A stretch of DNA of 64,000 nucleotides from Octopus sinensis (taxonomy: Eukaryota), in the NCBI RefSeq assembly GCF_006345805.1, contig NC_042999.1, positions 115,506,001-115,570,000 on the forward strand, in the 5' to 3' direction. Below are positions 12,994 through 24,619 of the stretch, one piece after another; within the stretch, counting starts at the first letter, position 1, and each line of letters opens with the position of its first letter. Made by a program: the position numbers and the translations under genes. The notes under the pieces were generated by a model. The model was not told where the DNA came from and searched no databases. It worked only from the letters and a program-made list of their open reading frames with translations.

Positions 12994-13356
12994 CAGTGGC
13001 TCTCAACCGGGGTACATTTAAAACTCTTGGGGGTTTAAGCAAGCAAATAGTAGATTGGGGGTCAACGGTAGTATTTTAGGGGTCCATGAAAAAATTTTGG
13101 TTACGATGTATTTATTGCAAGAATCTGTTAAGTTTCTTTCTTAAACGTTTTACATAGTTCAACGTATTTCTGGCCTCTGAAACAAGTTCTCTCAGGGAGT
13201 TCTGTTGCAAACGTACACAAGTGAATGGGTTAAAAAACAAAAGAGGAATTTTGAAAAAAGTATCTATAAAACATCGAATGAGTATGGAGGTCCACCAGAG
13301 TAAAACGGGAAACAAAGGGGTTCAGAAATAAAAAAAAAAACGGTTGAGAACCCCTG
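12994..13356. mobile_element. hAT (Charlie-like) MITE inserted in the Helitron helicase
   Basis: TIRs CAGTGGCTCTCAACC / GGTTGAGAACCCCTG; 8-bp flanks GTTTAATG / GTTTAGTG match at 7 of 8 positions (TSD). Helicase motifs continue on both sides. Confidence 0.88.
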
Positions 13357-15256
13357 GTTTAGTGGTTGACAAGAAGGTTCCAATGAATTTTAAAATTGTA
13401 CATGACCCGTTAACTATTTCTTCCTGACCCATAGCAGTAGCTATTGATTGATAAAGTACGACTATTTCCTGGAAGTGCCTCCAACACTGCTAGTTGATAC
13501 TGTTGTCATAAACTTGCTTTTCGCAAAGCTACTTGTGCATTAGTTAACGATGTAGTATGTTGAAAAACACCTTCAATATCGATTTCTCTTCTGAATTTGC
13601 CACTGCACTTTTAGGAACTGGATCTGCGACTTCATTACTGTGAAAACTAAATGTTTGCTTTTCAACTTGTGACAAACTTTTTGCATAATGACCAGACAGC
13701 TAATCTGGAAAAGATTTGATTCTCATGTTTAAAGATACTTTCAAGGTTTTAACTTTGGTTCAGAGCGATGAAAATTTAAGGCAAGTACGAATTTCATGTG
13801 CTTTTGTTCCTACTAAGATCACAGGCAGGACCTGAGAGCACCATTGTTACTCCTCCCATTTGAAATATATTTATACACCAAACCCTTCAATGTCATGTCT
13901 AGGACATTCAGAGTTCTCTTGAGTGCCAATTGTGCATTTATCCCATGCAATCATTTGGTATTGCTTAAGCACTTGTCTTGTTCCCGAATTCTTGGCAATG
14001 TTGCCATTAGGCACATATTTGTGCCCATATCCAAGATATGCGGGAAAACGGAATGTGCTGTACAGTTCCCAAGAAAGAGTGTAAGAAACACCTACAATAG
14101 TTATGCCTTTATGTTGACAGACTTTCGAAAACAACAAACTGATTAGGAATGTCTTTTCAGTGAGACCATGAACAACGAAGAAGAAAATTCCATCTTCTTG
14201 TTGCTGAAGCTTGAAAAGGCTGCCTTCTAGTCAGTGATTTAAGGGTTCTTTCCCTTTGAAATATTTCACATATTTTACTAATATGCCAATATAAGATATC
14301 GCTTTGAAAATATCTGTCGCGAGATTATTGAATTCGGTGTAGTTAGTTTGAAGAAGGCCATTTATTTTAATGAGGTTGTCAGTAAAGACTGTATTGTTGA
14401 TTTCATGTGTGTAGCTTTTCTCATCCCGAGGGTACAAATGAACACCGGGAAATCTTCGGCAAGGTCAAAATTGATGCGAATTATGTGGTTCACAGCTTTT
14501 TTTCAGAAAAAAAAAAACACCTTGAAGCTCATAGCTGTTTGAAATACAAACACTTTTGACATCAAAAAGAGAATACTGGAGAGCTGCAACAGTAGTAGTA
14601 GGTGCAGGCTATGCGTGGCCGAGAAAAGAACTATCTTAAAGAATTTTCTTCACCTGGACACATACCTAAGCTGTAAGTGTGAGGTTTTCTGCTCATGCTC
14701 ACATGAAGGGAGGTATGTTATCGGTTACCTACAAACTCCACCATAATTATAAATATTTGGACGTCCATCATCAATCTTCCCGCTACCACATTCTAAGAGA
14801 CCAGCACAGTGTTGATCACACCTTACACACATAAACACATGGATTAAAACTTTGGCGCCTGCTCCATCCCCTTCTTCAAATCCCCACTCCGCCCGCACCC
14901 AACCCCCACTTTGCTGGCAGGCACCATTTATCATGCCTTTTGGGCAGGGACATAACTATTGACGGACTCTTCTTCATCGCTCCCCACGGATACGTTTCGT
15001 CTTTTATACAGCACCTACAAACTGGATGTAACACTTGCTAACTTCCAGTATCAGCGAAGTCACCATGTATTTCCATACCAGACAATGTGATGAATAAGGT
15101 ATTAGCTATTCACGTAATTACCTAATTCTTGTGTGAAACCAATTGGCGAGATCATCTGAAATGGATCTATTATGCTGTATTCTAGTATAATTAACATATC
15201 CACTTTATTGCCTAACATACGTGTACTGTTTCTTCTGACTTATGGTATACTTTCTT

Positions 15257-15420
<164 letters not shown>

Positions 15421-15937
15421 CGTGCGTGTGTGTGCGTGTGTGTTTGTGTCTGTGTATTACACCCAGTCCAACGTATATCAGATGAAATGAAATGAACTTA
15501 AGTAAAATAGAACCTATGAATAGCGCACAAAGAATATAAATACATTCTTTAGAAGCTATTGAGGTGTGGAAAAGAAAGAGAGACGTAGTTATACGAAGAA
15601 CCGTTTCACAGTTTGTTGACCTTTTTTTATAGACATAGTTTCGTTTCCTAGTCAATAGCACAGAACCGCTGTTATGTATTAAAAGAACCTTGAATTAGGT
15701 AGGGCTGTATATTAATATTAAGGTCAAATTTACTAATCATGTCAATGCCCTTTGACTTCAAGTTTCAACTTATCGGCCTATCTAATCAAACTCTGGTCGA
15801 ATAAATCACTAAAGTGAAACTTAGACATGTATGTACGTACGTATGTATGTATGTATGTATGTATGTATGTATGTATGTATGTATGTATGTATGTATGTAT
15901 GTATGTATGTATGTATGTATGTATGTATGTATGTATG

Positions 15938-16187
15938 TTATTATTCAGTTTATTTCAAGATTTCTTGATAACAGAGAAAGAACCGGTTTCTAACCTAGAT
16001 CGAAGGCTCCTTCATTGGAATGTCAACATCAACAACAAGGTATTTTTGTTTGTATGTATGTCATTATTCAGTTTATTTCAAAATTTCTTGCCAATAGGGA
16101 AAGAACCGGTTTCTAACCTAGATCCAAGGCTCTTTCATTGGAATTTCAACATCAACAACAGGGTGTTTTTGTATGTATGTATGTATG

Positions 16188-16219
<32 letters not shown>

Positions 16220-16470
16220 TGTATGTATGTATGTTATTATTCAGTTTATTTCAAGATTTCTTGATAATAGAGAAAGAACCGGTTTCTAACCTAGATCGAA
16301 GGCTCTTTCATTGGAATGTCAACATCAACAACAAGGTATTTTTGTTTGTATGTATGTCATTATTCAGTTTATTTCAAAATTTCTTGCCAGTAGGGAAAGA
16401 ACCGGTTTCTAACCTAGATCCAAGGCTCTTTCATTGGAATTTCAACATCAACAACAGGGTGTTTTTGTAT
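15938..16470 (-). repeat. Four ~115-125-bp units arranged A-B-A-B and separated by (ATGT)n; probable LINE 3' UTR ends
   Basis: The unit TTATTCAGTTTATTTCAA...GAAAGAACCGGTTTCTAACCTAGATC...ATCAACAACA occurs four times. On the minus strand each copy ends AATAAACTGAATAA followed by (CATA)n. Confidence 0.85.
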
Positions 16471-16545
16471 GTATGTATGTATGTATGTATGTATGTATGT
16501 ATGTATGTATGTATGTATGTATGTATGTATGTATGTATGTATGTA

Positions 16546-17620
16546 TTACCTGAACATGTAATCTGGATAGAGTAATTGCAGTTTTCTCAGTAGTTCAGCA
16601 TAGGTGTTCTCTTTTTCACTGATCTTCAGCTTTATGTTAACATCCGATGGGCAGCTAATTTCCACAACTGCAAACAGTTTCTCTTTTCTATCCCAAAACA
16701 TTATATCAAGTCTGTTGTGTTTACATTTTATTGAGGTCTTCACTGGTACATTCCACCAGTATTCCTTTTTATTATGAGTGGCTATGGTTTCTTCTACCAT
16801 ATTGTGGGTTCTTACTTCTTTGTCTTCGGGATTATTCTCCCGACGGATTTCATTATAGAGTATCCTAGCTACAACGTCATATCCCATCAGTTGATAATAC
16901 CATGTTGACGTTTTCGGATAACTGCTTATGATGTGGGTGATATCTTCAGCGTGAACTCCACAAAGTTTGCATCGGTTGTCACATTTTACAGCTTTTCTTG
17001 CATCTCTATCCCTTTTGTGCATCAATAACTTGGTTGATATTTCCTGTTCCTGGATTGCAAACGCATACCTTTCAAAGTGGGAGGTAGTAATCCGGCTATT
17101 GGTCCATGATAAACTGCTTTGATAATCGATGTTACTATCATTACGGAGCTTTCTACTAACATATCCATGCATAGTCTTCTGCTCATATAGGCTCATCCTC
17201 TCATCTGATGATACGTTGCATGACTCCTTTGTGTGACTTCTTTGGGCATGTATACTAGGTTTCCAGACAAAGAGTGTTGCTAAAGGAGCTGCCTTCCAAG
17301 TCTTATGATGTTATCAGCCTCATGTATGCAAACTTGGTCAAGGGATGCACTTCGACACTTGGTGGTTAAAAGATGTTACTGAAGGGATATAATGCGACAT
17401 TCAAATGCATTTTGGATCGATGTTAAGCCACTACCGCCTTGTTTTCGCTTTAGGTAGAGGCGGTCTACGTCACTGTTTATGTGGAAATTATGTGTGCGTG
17501 TTAGTATTTTCGGGTTTTCACACCAATGGCTCGGATCTCATCAAGCGTCCAAATCAAGCAGCCCAAATGCTGGTATGAGTACTGGCACTACAAACACATT
17601 GTGGGCCACTGTTTTATTGA
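16546..17620 (-). mobile_element. RLE-type non-LTR retrotransposon fragment (thumb, CCHC knuckle, restriction-like endonuclease)
   Basis: ORF 16546-17196: AIQEQEI, RCKLCG...EDITHIISSYP, HNRLDIMFWD...VVEISCP.D.N. Upstream GGRGL-like motif. Bounded by (ATGT)n on both sides. Confidence 0.9.
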
Positions 17621-17710
17621 ATGTAGAAAGTCTGCATGTATGTATGCAAGAATGTATGTATGTATGTATGTATGTATGTATGTATGTATGTATGTATGTA
17701 TGTATGTATG

Positions 17711-18080
17711 TTCACTTTCTCTTTTTTTATATTAGAGTAAATTTTGACCGGCGACCTACATGGTAGCAAGGTTGTAAAGAAAAGTATTTTTTTTTAACCA
17801 ACATCCTTAAAATCATAAGAAGGTCGTGCAGATTCTTACAATCCCAGATATCATGGTCATTTATAGCATATAAATTAAGGATTTGCTTTCTCGCCCCAAG
17901 ATCCCAAGTTCCAGACGTGTTGATATGTATCCTGCTGTTCTTGGGTACTGGATTTGCAAATTCCTTATCAGTGGTCCATAGATGTGCCCTTTCTCTTGTA
18001 TTTTTCTAACCACATTCGTGTCCAGAGGGCAGCTGATTTCCACAACAGAACATATCTTTTCTTTGAGGTTTCACACAACG

Positions 18081-18083
<3 letters not shown>
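17711..18083 (-). mobile_element. 5'-truncated RLE LINE 3' end
   Basis: VVEISCPLDTNVVRKIQEKGHIYGPLIRNLQIQYP, homologous to the 16546 copy; bounded by (ATGT)n. Confidence 0.85.
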
Positions 18084-18111
<28 letters not shown>

Positions 18112-18479
18112 TTATGTATGTATGTATGCATGTATGCATGCATGCATGTATGCATACATACGTACGTATGTCCTTTTAGCAATTCGCTACTGGACGATTT
18201 CGTATGCCACTGATACATTTTCTGTACTTTTTTAGCCCTATACGTTTATGTGAGAAGCTTTCTCAAAATGAATACTGCAGTTTGTGGCTTTCAGTTGTAT
18301 ATCCACGTTAAGTAAGATGCACAGAACACTATATATATGTATGTATATATACACACATATATACATGTATGTATGCATGCAAGTACTCTGCGTTCCAAAA
18401 AGTATCATCTTATTTGTTATCGTACAATACATATATGTATTTTACGATACATGTAAGGAGGTGATATTTTTCAAACGCA

Positions 18480-18620
18480 GAGTTGCCATTGGAACGGCAG
18501 AAATACAGAGTAAATTACCCTTACAAAGCGGAGAAATTTGTCACCAGCCGGTCATGAGATTCGAACCCATATCCCTCTAAAATCCGGTTGAGTGCTACAC
18601 CACTAAGGTAAACTGCCCGT
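18480..18620 (-). mobile_element. tRNA-derived SINE head (distinct family)
   Basis: Minus strand has A-box-like TAGTGGTGTAG and B-box GGTTCGAATC, but no valid cloverleaf. Confidence 0.55.
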
Positions 18621-18829
18621 TGACAATTCACCGCTGAATTTAGACGCTAATTACTTTAACTGTATGAAACAGCCGTACATTTTTTGGCTCACAATTTAAC
18701 GATTTCAGAAGTTGGGACTGAAAGTTGGCCAATGGCTGAAACCATTCATAAAATTATTTCAGTCAGTGAAACTTTATGGATGGTTGGATAGTCATTGAAG
18801 CGAGTAAAAATATACTTTATGGATGGTTT

Positions 18830-19130
18830 CAGTCATTCATTTGCGACCATGCTGGGGCACTGCCTGAAGTGTTTAGCCAGCAAATCGACTTAACTTTTTT
18901 AAAGCCTGATCAGTTATTCTATCAGTGTCTATTGCCGAATCTATAAGTTACAGGGCCGTAAACAAACCAACACTTGTTGGTGGGGGACAAATAGACATTC
19001 AAAGACATTCATACACGCACGCACACCGACGGAGGGCTATAGTATGAGACCCCCAAGTGGGCCATATAGTGAGGCTGAACACGGAACCGTGTGGGTATAG
19101 AGCGAGCTTAACTACAGTGCCTTGCCTGTG
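18830..19130 (-). mobile_element. SINE family B, decayed
   Basis: Reverse complement of the family B tail and head. Confidence 0.65.
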
Positions 19131-19754
19131 TACATTATTTATTGGCATATTTACAAAGATATAGCAAACACATTTTAATAGGGATAATAGGGATAATATG
19201 TTTAAAGTAACTAAACTATCTTGACGAAATATTTAGTTTAATAAAAGCGGTAACAACAAAAAAATCTAGTAATGGGAAATAACTTTTTCCAAAGAAATAA
19301 TTGTGAAGGGGAATAACTGTTCCTGTCTCTGGTTTAGTCCTGATTATCGTATCAAGTATGACTAAATATTTTACAGTAAATAAACGTTATGCTTATGAAC
19401 AAACAGGATCAACACAGTTCACAACATATCAACGAAGGAGCCTATACGAGGTCGCTCAGCTTGTTAGGAATAACACTTTACTTTCCTTCAAATCACACAT
19501 TGTTTAATGTTTCCAACTCTGAAAATTAAAGAAGGCATTTGATCTACAAAATTGTGGAAGGCCATAGCTGGAACACACTTGAACATAAGTATACTCGATC
19601 AGGGATGAAATGGCTTGATGACAACAACAGTAACAATATAAACAATTAAACGCTGATGTAATTACATCTTGTAACTTTACATAACCTATCCGAATAAATA
19701 TGAATAAATGATAAATAATTGCAAAATTCAATGTGATAATGATATTTCATGGAT

Positions 19755-20830
19755 CAGTGGTTCTTAACCATTTTAATATCCGGACCGGATCTAAAATATG
19801 AATTATTTTAGGGTGTGCACCAAAAAGTGTAAAACACGAGTCAATTAAAGAAAAAAATTATTATATTTATAGAGGGAAGACCATAACAAAAAATAGTAGG
19901 GCAATGTAATTTAATGGGAAACTTGATTTTGCTTTCGCTTTTCAACTAGTTTGTCAAAACGAGGGCTCATGGGGGAAGATGCAGTACGCAAAAGCTGGTT
20001 GATATGATGGTCAGTCAATCGGTTGCGATATTTGTTTTGATATCCACAAATATGCTTCTTTATTAGCCACACAGGGCTGCACACAGACGGGACAGATTAC
20101 AAAGTAGAGCTTTTCTTTTTGGGGAGAAAAAAAAAACTGGGGTAGGTTTTCGATCAAAAGGGATCGTAAAAGGAAAGGGAGAGAAAAAAAAACGATCAAT
20201 AGGAGTTGTGTATCACAGAAATGTCATGATGTAAAGTGTTAAAGGGGGAAGCAGATAAGGTTTATCCGTGGAAAGAAAAGCCTACGGAAAAGACCAGGGT
20301 AACCTCGGTCAATAATGTCACATGTTAAAACATTTGTTTGTAAAGAGACAATTTTCAGTGCATCAGCAATCAAGTTAGGATATTTGGACGTTCCCCCCAG
20401 GATTAGACTCCAGAAGTCGGGTAGCTGACTAGCCTTGAATGCGGATATCGACTTAATAATGATATTTGGAGTATATTGCATTATACACCAGAAAATATCA
20501 TTGCTAAGTCGCTGTGGCAAGGAGTGAGATTTTCCTCTGCTCACCTTCTGGCAATGGGTCCTTGAAGACCTCCATCTGTGGGAACCGAAAACAGCTTTGA
20601 TCGATCTAAATGTGCTTGTTGAAGGTTTGCATGGAATTCACGTAATATATCTGTCCAGTTGGTTAAGCCATGAATGGAACGCATCGTGAGAAATTCTTCG
20701 TAAATCTGGAAATCTGGCATGGCTAGTCTGATGAACACAGCTAATTGCTCTGGACCAATAATGACTTTTGTGCCGTCATGAGCGATAGAGTAGCAAACAA
20801 AATACTTCGAGTTACTGAAAAGCATACATT
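19755..20830 (-). mobile_element. Internally deleted hAT transposon relic (Buster/Charlie group, GTF2IRD2/EPM2AIP1-like transposase)
   Basis: QLAVFIR...DFQIYEEFLTMRSIHG...DIL...LDRSKLFSVPTDG (catalytic region) and PDFWSL...KYPNLIADALKI (C-terminal dimerization region). TIR-like CAGTGGTTCTTAACC at 19755. Confidence 0.82.
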
Positions 20831-20899
20831 CATACATGCATACATATGTAAATACATATATATATAAGGTAACTAATCAGCTGAGTTGTTCAAGTGGCG

Positions 20900-21165
20900 C
20901 GTAGATTTTATTGTGATAATCGTTCTGGACCTTTGTGCTTTGAGTTTAAATCACAACGAGGTCTTATGATTCTTTCGGGTCGATAAAGCACGGAGTTTGA
21001 CTTCCTTCCTTCCTTCCTTCCTTTCTTCCTTTAATGATCTCAGCCATCTTCCTGCTGTCACCAACATGTCTTTCCTTCTGTTCATCACTGAACACCCTGG
21101 GAACAAACTTTGCACACATTTTCCGCGTGCTTTGATCTTCATGAATAATGCATAACACATCATTA
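20900..21165 (-). mobile_element. Mariner transposase fragment interrupted by (GAAG)n
   Basis: HEDQSTRKMCAKFVPRVFSDEQKERHV, the WVPR-like linker of mariner transposases. Confidence 0.7.
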
Positions 21166-21631
21166 TATTATATTACATTACATTACATTATATTATATTA
21201 TATTATATTATATCATATTATATATATATATATAGTTCAGCAAAATTTAGATTCAAATGAATATGGTACTTAAGTTAGATGCACCAGAATTCTGTATGGT
21301 GTTATCCATATAAATCCATGAGGTGATTATAATCAAAATAAGCAACATTCTTACAACCTTCGAACTGTTCGAAGGTTGTAATGGACGCAGGTTCGTGTGT
21401 CATATAGCTAGCTAGAGGCGGTGGCCTCTTGGAGCTAATCAGCGACAGCTTTAGTCTTATTTATAGACTGCCATATTAGTATGGCGATAACTATTAATAT
21501 GTATATATAATTATTATAACTATTATAACTATTAATATGTATATTAATATGTATATATAATTATATATGTATGTATGTATATATATATATATATATATAT
21601 CATAATATGTAAAGGTATATATATATGTATG

Positions 21632-21723
<92 letters not shown>

Positions 21724-21936
21724 TATATATCATAATATGTAAAGGACCAAGGTGTAGGAAGTTACTAAGCTTCGAGCAGTCCGTAGAAGGTAGAAAAAAA
21801 ACATACTTTCAAGAACAATAGTAGTTTATTGATGTAGAAAGTTGAAAATTTTTCCCTTATCAAAGTTCGACAAGCTGAAAAATGTTATTTTATAGTTCAC
21901 AGTTAGTAACTTGGGCTGTTGTGAATGCGAATAACG

Positions 21937-22166
21937 ATCGAACTTTAGGGAATGGAGTAGATAAAATCCAGGCTACATGTGTTTCCTAGCTAGCAGAACT
22001 CCAGAAGTAGTAATTATCCAAACGAGGGCTATTCTGCTAGCTATACTCCAGGCGAAAGCTAACTTAGGAATAGCTCACGTTTGAAAAATTACTACTTCCA
22101 AGGTTCTGCTAGTTAGGAAACATATGTTGCCTGGATTTTTACCGATTCCATTCCCTAAATTTGGAT
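21937..22166. repeat. Long imperfect inverted repeat (foldback) with ~100-bp arms
   Basis: Left arm TTTAGGGAATGGAGTAGATAAAATCCAGGCTACATGTGTTTCCTAGCTAGCAGAAC...GCTATTC matches the reverse complement of the right arm ending ...TTCCATTCCCTAAA at roughly 85% identity by eye. Confidence 0.9.
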
Positions 22167-22184
22167 GTATATTTATATATTGTT

Positions 22185-22395
22185 TTACTCTTTTACTTGT
22201 TTCAATCATTTGACTGTGGCCATGCTGGAGCACCGCCTTTAGTCGAGCAAATCGACCCCCAGGACTTATTCTTTGTAAGCTTAGTACTTATTCTATCGGT
22301 CTCTTTTGCCGAACGGCTAAGTTACGGAGACGTAAACACACCAGCACTGGCTGTTATCCGATATTGGGGAGACAAACACAGACATATACACACAC

Positions 22396-22461
<66 letters not shown>

Positions 22462-22534
22462 ATAACAATTTAACAAATAAAACATATGCATACATACATA
22501 TATGTACATACCTACATCTATATGTATATATACA

Positions 22535-22600
<66 letters not shown>

Positions 22601-23108
22601 AGTACAGGACACCACAAATAAACGTAGAACACAACGAGAAACGAAAACATAAAAACAAACAAGGAAACGGACTTTTTTTTAACAACGAAAAAACAGTATA
22701 AGACAAACAATACAAGGAATATTCCCCTTCATCAGTGCCCCTGGTTCGACTCAATGCGTGTTTCGAAGGTTAGGGCAGACGACGGGCTTCTTTCAGTTTC
22801 CGTATACCAAATCCACTCACAAGAACCATGTGGCTGGTAAGCAAGTTACTTACCACACAGCCACTCCTACACTTAAAAGATATCCTAAAAGATATATCTT
22901 TTACTTGTTTCAGTCATTAGACTGCGGCCATGCTCGGGCATCATCTTGAAGAATGAATCGACCCTAGTACCTTTTTCTAAAACCTGGTACTTATTCTATT
23001 GATTTCTTATGCCGAAACGCTAAGTTACGGCGAAACAAACACACCAGCATCAGTTGTCAAGAGGTGGTAGGGAGTTAAACATAGACACAAATACCACACA
23101 CCCACACA

Positions 23109-23166
<58 letters not shown>

Positions 23167-23280
23167 CACACACATATGTATAGTAGAAGGCACTCGCCCA
23201 AGGTGACATGCAGTAGGACTGAACCCAGAACTATGTGGTTGGGAAGCAAGCTTCTAACTACATAGCCACGCCTGCGCCTG
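22185..23280 (-). mobile_element. Cluster of SINE family B pieces, microsatellites and a PLE-terminal-like fragment (22600-22770)
   Basis: Family B motifs (reverse complement) at about 22185-22400, 22770-23110 and 23180-23280. Confidence 0.7.
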
Positions 23281-23318
23281 TACTCACACACACGCACAGA
23301 CACAAACAGACAGACAGA

Positions 23319-23357
<39 letters not shown>

Positions 23358-23516
23358 ACACATACACACACACACAAACATATATGTACACAGGTTTGAT
23401 TGCAAGCATGCAAATAAATATATATGTTTATGTATATAAATGTGTATACGTATATGTGTAATTCTACATGTGTTTGTCATGCATACATATACATACATAC
23501 ATACATGTATATATGT

Positions 23517-23559
<43 letters not shown>

Positions 23560-23699
23560 GAAGGTATGTATGTATACACATACATATGCACACATGTTCT
23601 GTGTGTTTGTGTGTGTGTGCGTAAGTTTGTATTTGTACACATATACTTATGTAAGGTTGAGTGCATTTCCGATTGTTTGTTCCGTTCCACTCCACTGTC

Positions 23700-24032
23700 A
23701 CATCTCCAGAGAATACGCCCACTCCACCTTCTTTTTTTTTATTCTAGAGAGTTTATCTACCACCTTATACATGCCTTCACACTCACCGTTATTCCACTTT
23801 CACCACCGTCACCGTCCTCCTCTCTTTCCCTCTCTTTTCACTTCTCTTTCTCCTTCCATGTCTTCTTCCACTTCTCCTTCTCTCTCCCGCTTCTCATCCT
23901 CACTCCTCTCTTTCTCCACTTCTCTGCCTGTCTCCCGCTTTTCTTCCTCTTACAATCTTCTCTCCTCTCCTCTTCTCCTCCGCTCTCCACCTTCCCCTCC
24001 TCCTCCTCCTCCTCCTCCTCACCACCACCACC

Positions 24033-24064
<32 letters not shown>

Positions 24065-24070
24065 CATTTA
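23700..24070. repeat. Pyrimidine-rich low-complexity tract ending in (CCT)n(CCA)n(ACA)n
   Basis: Direct reading. Confidence 0.9.
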
Positions 24071-24619
24071 TTTTATAAACGTCTAGATATTCTACTTTCA
24101 ATGTTTTAAATTTCTGCATACTTCTCACTCTGTATATATCGTTCTTTCAATTCTTTTATTCTAGTTTTAGTTCCACCATTTTCATCATGTTCCCAACATT
24201 ACCATTAACACTTATGGCCATATTAGAATTTCTCTTGTAAAAGGACTATAATTATCTTTCTCCCCAATTTATATATATATATATATTATATACAAGATAT
24301 ATATATTATATACAAGATATATATGTATACATAAAATGCATATGTATGTATTAATATATATATACCTATGTAGGCGTAATAGGTGTATTTACATGAAATA
24401 CAAATAAACAAAAAATATGTAGTAGTGTTATCTTTACAGCTGTTTCGTAATAATGATCCTGTTATTTCGCAAGTATACGGAATAGCACGAATTTTCATAG
24501 ATCTGTGAGACGCAACCTTGTTACCATCAGAAGGTTTATAGTTAACAACATAGTGCAGAGCACTGTTTACAAATATTGTTGTAGTAGAAATGATACACTC
24601 CTTCCCACGCGAGAAAGTC

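Larger units (their letters stand above)
11885..14500 (-). mobile_element. Helitron relic: PIF1-like helicase pseudogene and probable 3' end
   Basis: Minus-strand pieces across frameshifts: GIFFFV...KTFLISLLFSKV (Walker A region), CTAHSVF, NIAKNSGTRQVLKQYQMIAWDKCT, GGVTMVL...QVLPVILVGTKAHEIRTCLK...LNMRI, EALPGN, EDTVIPRIPL, QFP, HNLYIYAP...VCTEVL. A degenerate GC hairpin (CCTAGGTAATGCCGGGTATTCTG) near 11885-11910 resembles a Helitron 3' end. Confidence 0.85.

Noticed and set aside
15938-16470. Repeat-spacer-like pattern suggestive of CRISPR
   Set aside because: Units are ~120 bp, the spacers are microsatellite, there are no cas genes, and the context is eukaryotic.
22700-22775. CTGATGA and GAAAC on the minus strand in permuted order (type II hammerhead?)
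   Set aside because: Stem I cannot form and stems II and III are mismatched; at best a broken PLE terminus.
24520-24550. ICETQPCYHQ resembling an EGF repeat start
   Set aside because: A stop follows within five codons and the remaining cysteines are absent.
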